This document shows positions 62,854 to 64,000 of a DNA stretch of 64,000 bases, piece by piece. Each line of letters starts with the position of its first letter. Within the stretch, counting starts at the first letter, position 1. Below the pieces are notes generated by a model, which made no database searches, was not told where the DNA came from, and worked only from the letters and a program-made list of their open reading frames with translations. The translations under genes and the position numbers were made by a program. The stretch comes from an uncultured Bacteroidales bacterium. Its GTDB lineage: Bacteria > Bacteroidota > Bacteroidia > Bacteroidales > UBA932. The DNA lies in assembly GCA_946410455.1 (NCBI GenBank), contig CAMKAJ010000001.1:54336-118335 (forward strand). Reading direction: 5' to 3'.

Positions 62854-63678
62854 TTAGTTAAGTAGAGATGCGCCGAGCAGGGCTACGTCTTCCTGCGGCA
62901 TTACTTGAATGACCAGCTTGTCCAGCACATGGCGGTAAGGATAGCTGTTGCTTAGAGACTTATGCATAGAGTCCTTGAAGTGCTTGTACGTATTGGCAAT
63001 GCCGCCGCCCAGCACTATGCAGCCGGGGTCGTATGCGTAGAGCACAATAGACAGAAAGGTTCCGAGGTGATGCCCGAATTCGTCGAAAAAGTCAAGGGCC
63101 CTCTGATCTCCGGCTTCTGCAGCTGCGCTGGCCTCCTTGGGGCTCCAGCCAAAGTCTGTAAAGAACTTCTTGGAGCAGAAAGACTCGTAGTCCTTGCCGT
63201 TGTACGGGGCGGAGCCAAGCTCGCCCGCACCGCAGTTCTCGCCGCAGAGCAGTTCGTCCTCGTTCATGATTCCGAGTCCGGTGCCGGTTCCGAGGGTGAC
63301 TCCTGCTACAACGCTGGGGCGGTCCTCAAGTCTTGCGGCTGCTCCGAGGGCAAAGCAGTTGGCATCGTTGTTCACGCTCGCGGGTATGTCGAAGCGCGCC
63401 TCCAGAAGGTCTTTCAGGTGCACTTCTTTCCAGGACGCGATGTTGGTGGCCTCATATACGATGCCCCGCTTTACATCTACGACGGTGGGAACGCCAATCC
63501 CTATGCGCTCGACTTCGGGTGTAATGATTTCTTGGATGCGGCTGCAGAGGTAATCTATAGTCTGCTGAAGACTTGCATCTTTTGGGAACGAGGGCACGCG
63601 TTTGAGCTTAACAATCCGGGTGCCCTCTACGAGGCCCAGACTGATAGTGGTGCCACCAATGTCTATTCCTAGTAACAT
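62854..63678 (-). CDS. ROK family sugar kinase
   Basis: GIDIGGT, NNDANCFALG, TLGTGTGLG, GELG; no HTH. Confidence 0.9.
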   Translation of the reverse strand: MLLGIDIGGTTISLGLVEGTRIVKLKRVPSFPKDASLQQTIDYLCSRIQEIITPEVERIGIGVPTVVDVKRGIVYEATNIASWKEVHLKDLLEARFDIPASVNNDANCFALGAAARLEDRPSVVAGVTLGTGTGLGIMNEDELLCGENCGAGELGSAPYNGKDYESFCSKKFFTDFGWSPKEASAAAEAGDQRALDFFDEFGHHLGTFLSIVLYAYDPGCIVLGGGIANTYKHFKDSMHKSLSNSYPYRHVLDKLVIQVMPQEDVALLGASLLN

Positions 63679-63707
63679 TCTAAGAGTGGTTTTAGTGTGG
63701 TCTATCG

Positions 63708-63776
63708 CAAAAATAAATAGAAGTGCGCCTGCATGGGTGCGAGATTTGCGTAATTAAGCGCCCAATTTGCGTAATT
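63708..63776 (-). promoter_or_regulatory. -7 promoter element plus tandem 12-bp direct repeats with 21-bp period
   Basis: Minus TATTTTTG (63708-63715); ATTTGCGTAATT exact at 63744-63755 and 63765-63776. Confidence 0.65.
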
Positions 63777-63999
63777 CTCGCTGACGGAATTCGGAAGGTG
63801 TGCATCCCTTGATGGCCTGGAAGCGGCGCGAGATGCTCTTGGTGTCCGGTTCGTCCATGCGAGCGGCTATATTTGCAATCGAATCTTTACTCGCAAGCAG
63901 GAGCTCGGCAAATCGGTTCATGCGCAACTCGCTAATGTAGCGGTAGATAGTTGTTCCCGTAACCTTCAGGAAACGTTGCTCCAGCAGACGCCTAGACAG
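63754..63999 (-). CDS. C-terminal AraC-type HTH of a XylR-like regulator (5' end outside the window)
   Basis: Manual translation LSRRLLEQRFLKVTGTTIYRYISELRMNRFAELLL...SRRFQAIKGCTPSEFRQRELRKLGA*. Confidence 0.8.
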   Translation of the reverse strand: MSRRLLEQRFLKVTGTTIYRYISELRMNRFAELLLASKDSIANIAARMDEPDTKSISRRFQAIKGCTPSEFRQRELRKLGA

Positions 64000-64000
64000 A

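Noticed and set aside
1-64000. rRNA, tRNA, IS transposase, integrase or invertible-promoter recombinase
   Set aside because: None recognised on either strand; the Rpn gene is the only mobility-associated CDS and lacks evident terminal inverted repeats.

Overview
Bacteroidales-type genomic window (GC-rich coding, TAnnTTTG promoters, SusC/SusD pairs), almost entirely on the minus strand. (1) 1-4347: kduD translationally coupled to an orphan PTS galactitol-type EIIC gene missed by the ORF track, an Rpn/PD-(D/E)XK nuclease, about 1 kb of layered palindromic tandem repeats and a 3' remnant of kduI. (2) 4369-33347: a ~28 kb pectin utilisation locus (GH28, CE12-CE8, GH105, two PL1, SusC/D, surface binding protein, CE8) with uxaC/uxaA/uxaB/exuT embedded in it and a divergent LacI regulator. 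(3) 34168-38838: two fimbrillin-like lipoproteins. (4) 39516-64000: a likely chitin/chitosan locus (two GH18, GH20, CsxA-like GH2 fused to alkaline phosphatase, two SusC/D pairs, BACON proteins, ROK kinase, partial XylR/AraC-type regulator). The best lead for an undescribed system is three unannotated 42-47 aa ORFs sharing a YxxP...L-x-[DE]-S motif, each directly upstream of a fimbrillin (type V pilin-like) lipoprotein, within a set of six such lipoproteins carrying interchangeable cargo (PL1, GH18, beta-propeller, putative CBMs). All family assignments come from motif recognition by eye; no searches were run, so novelty is unverified.
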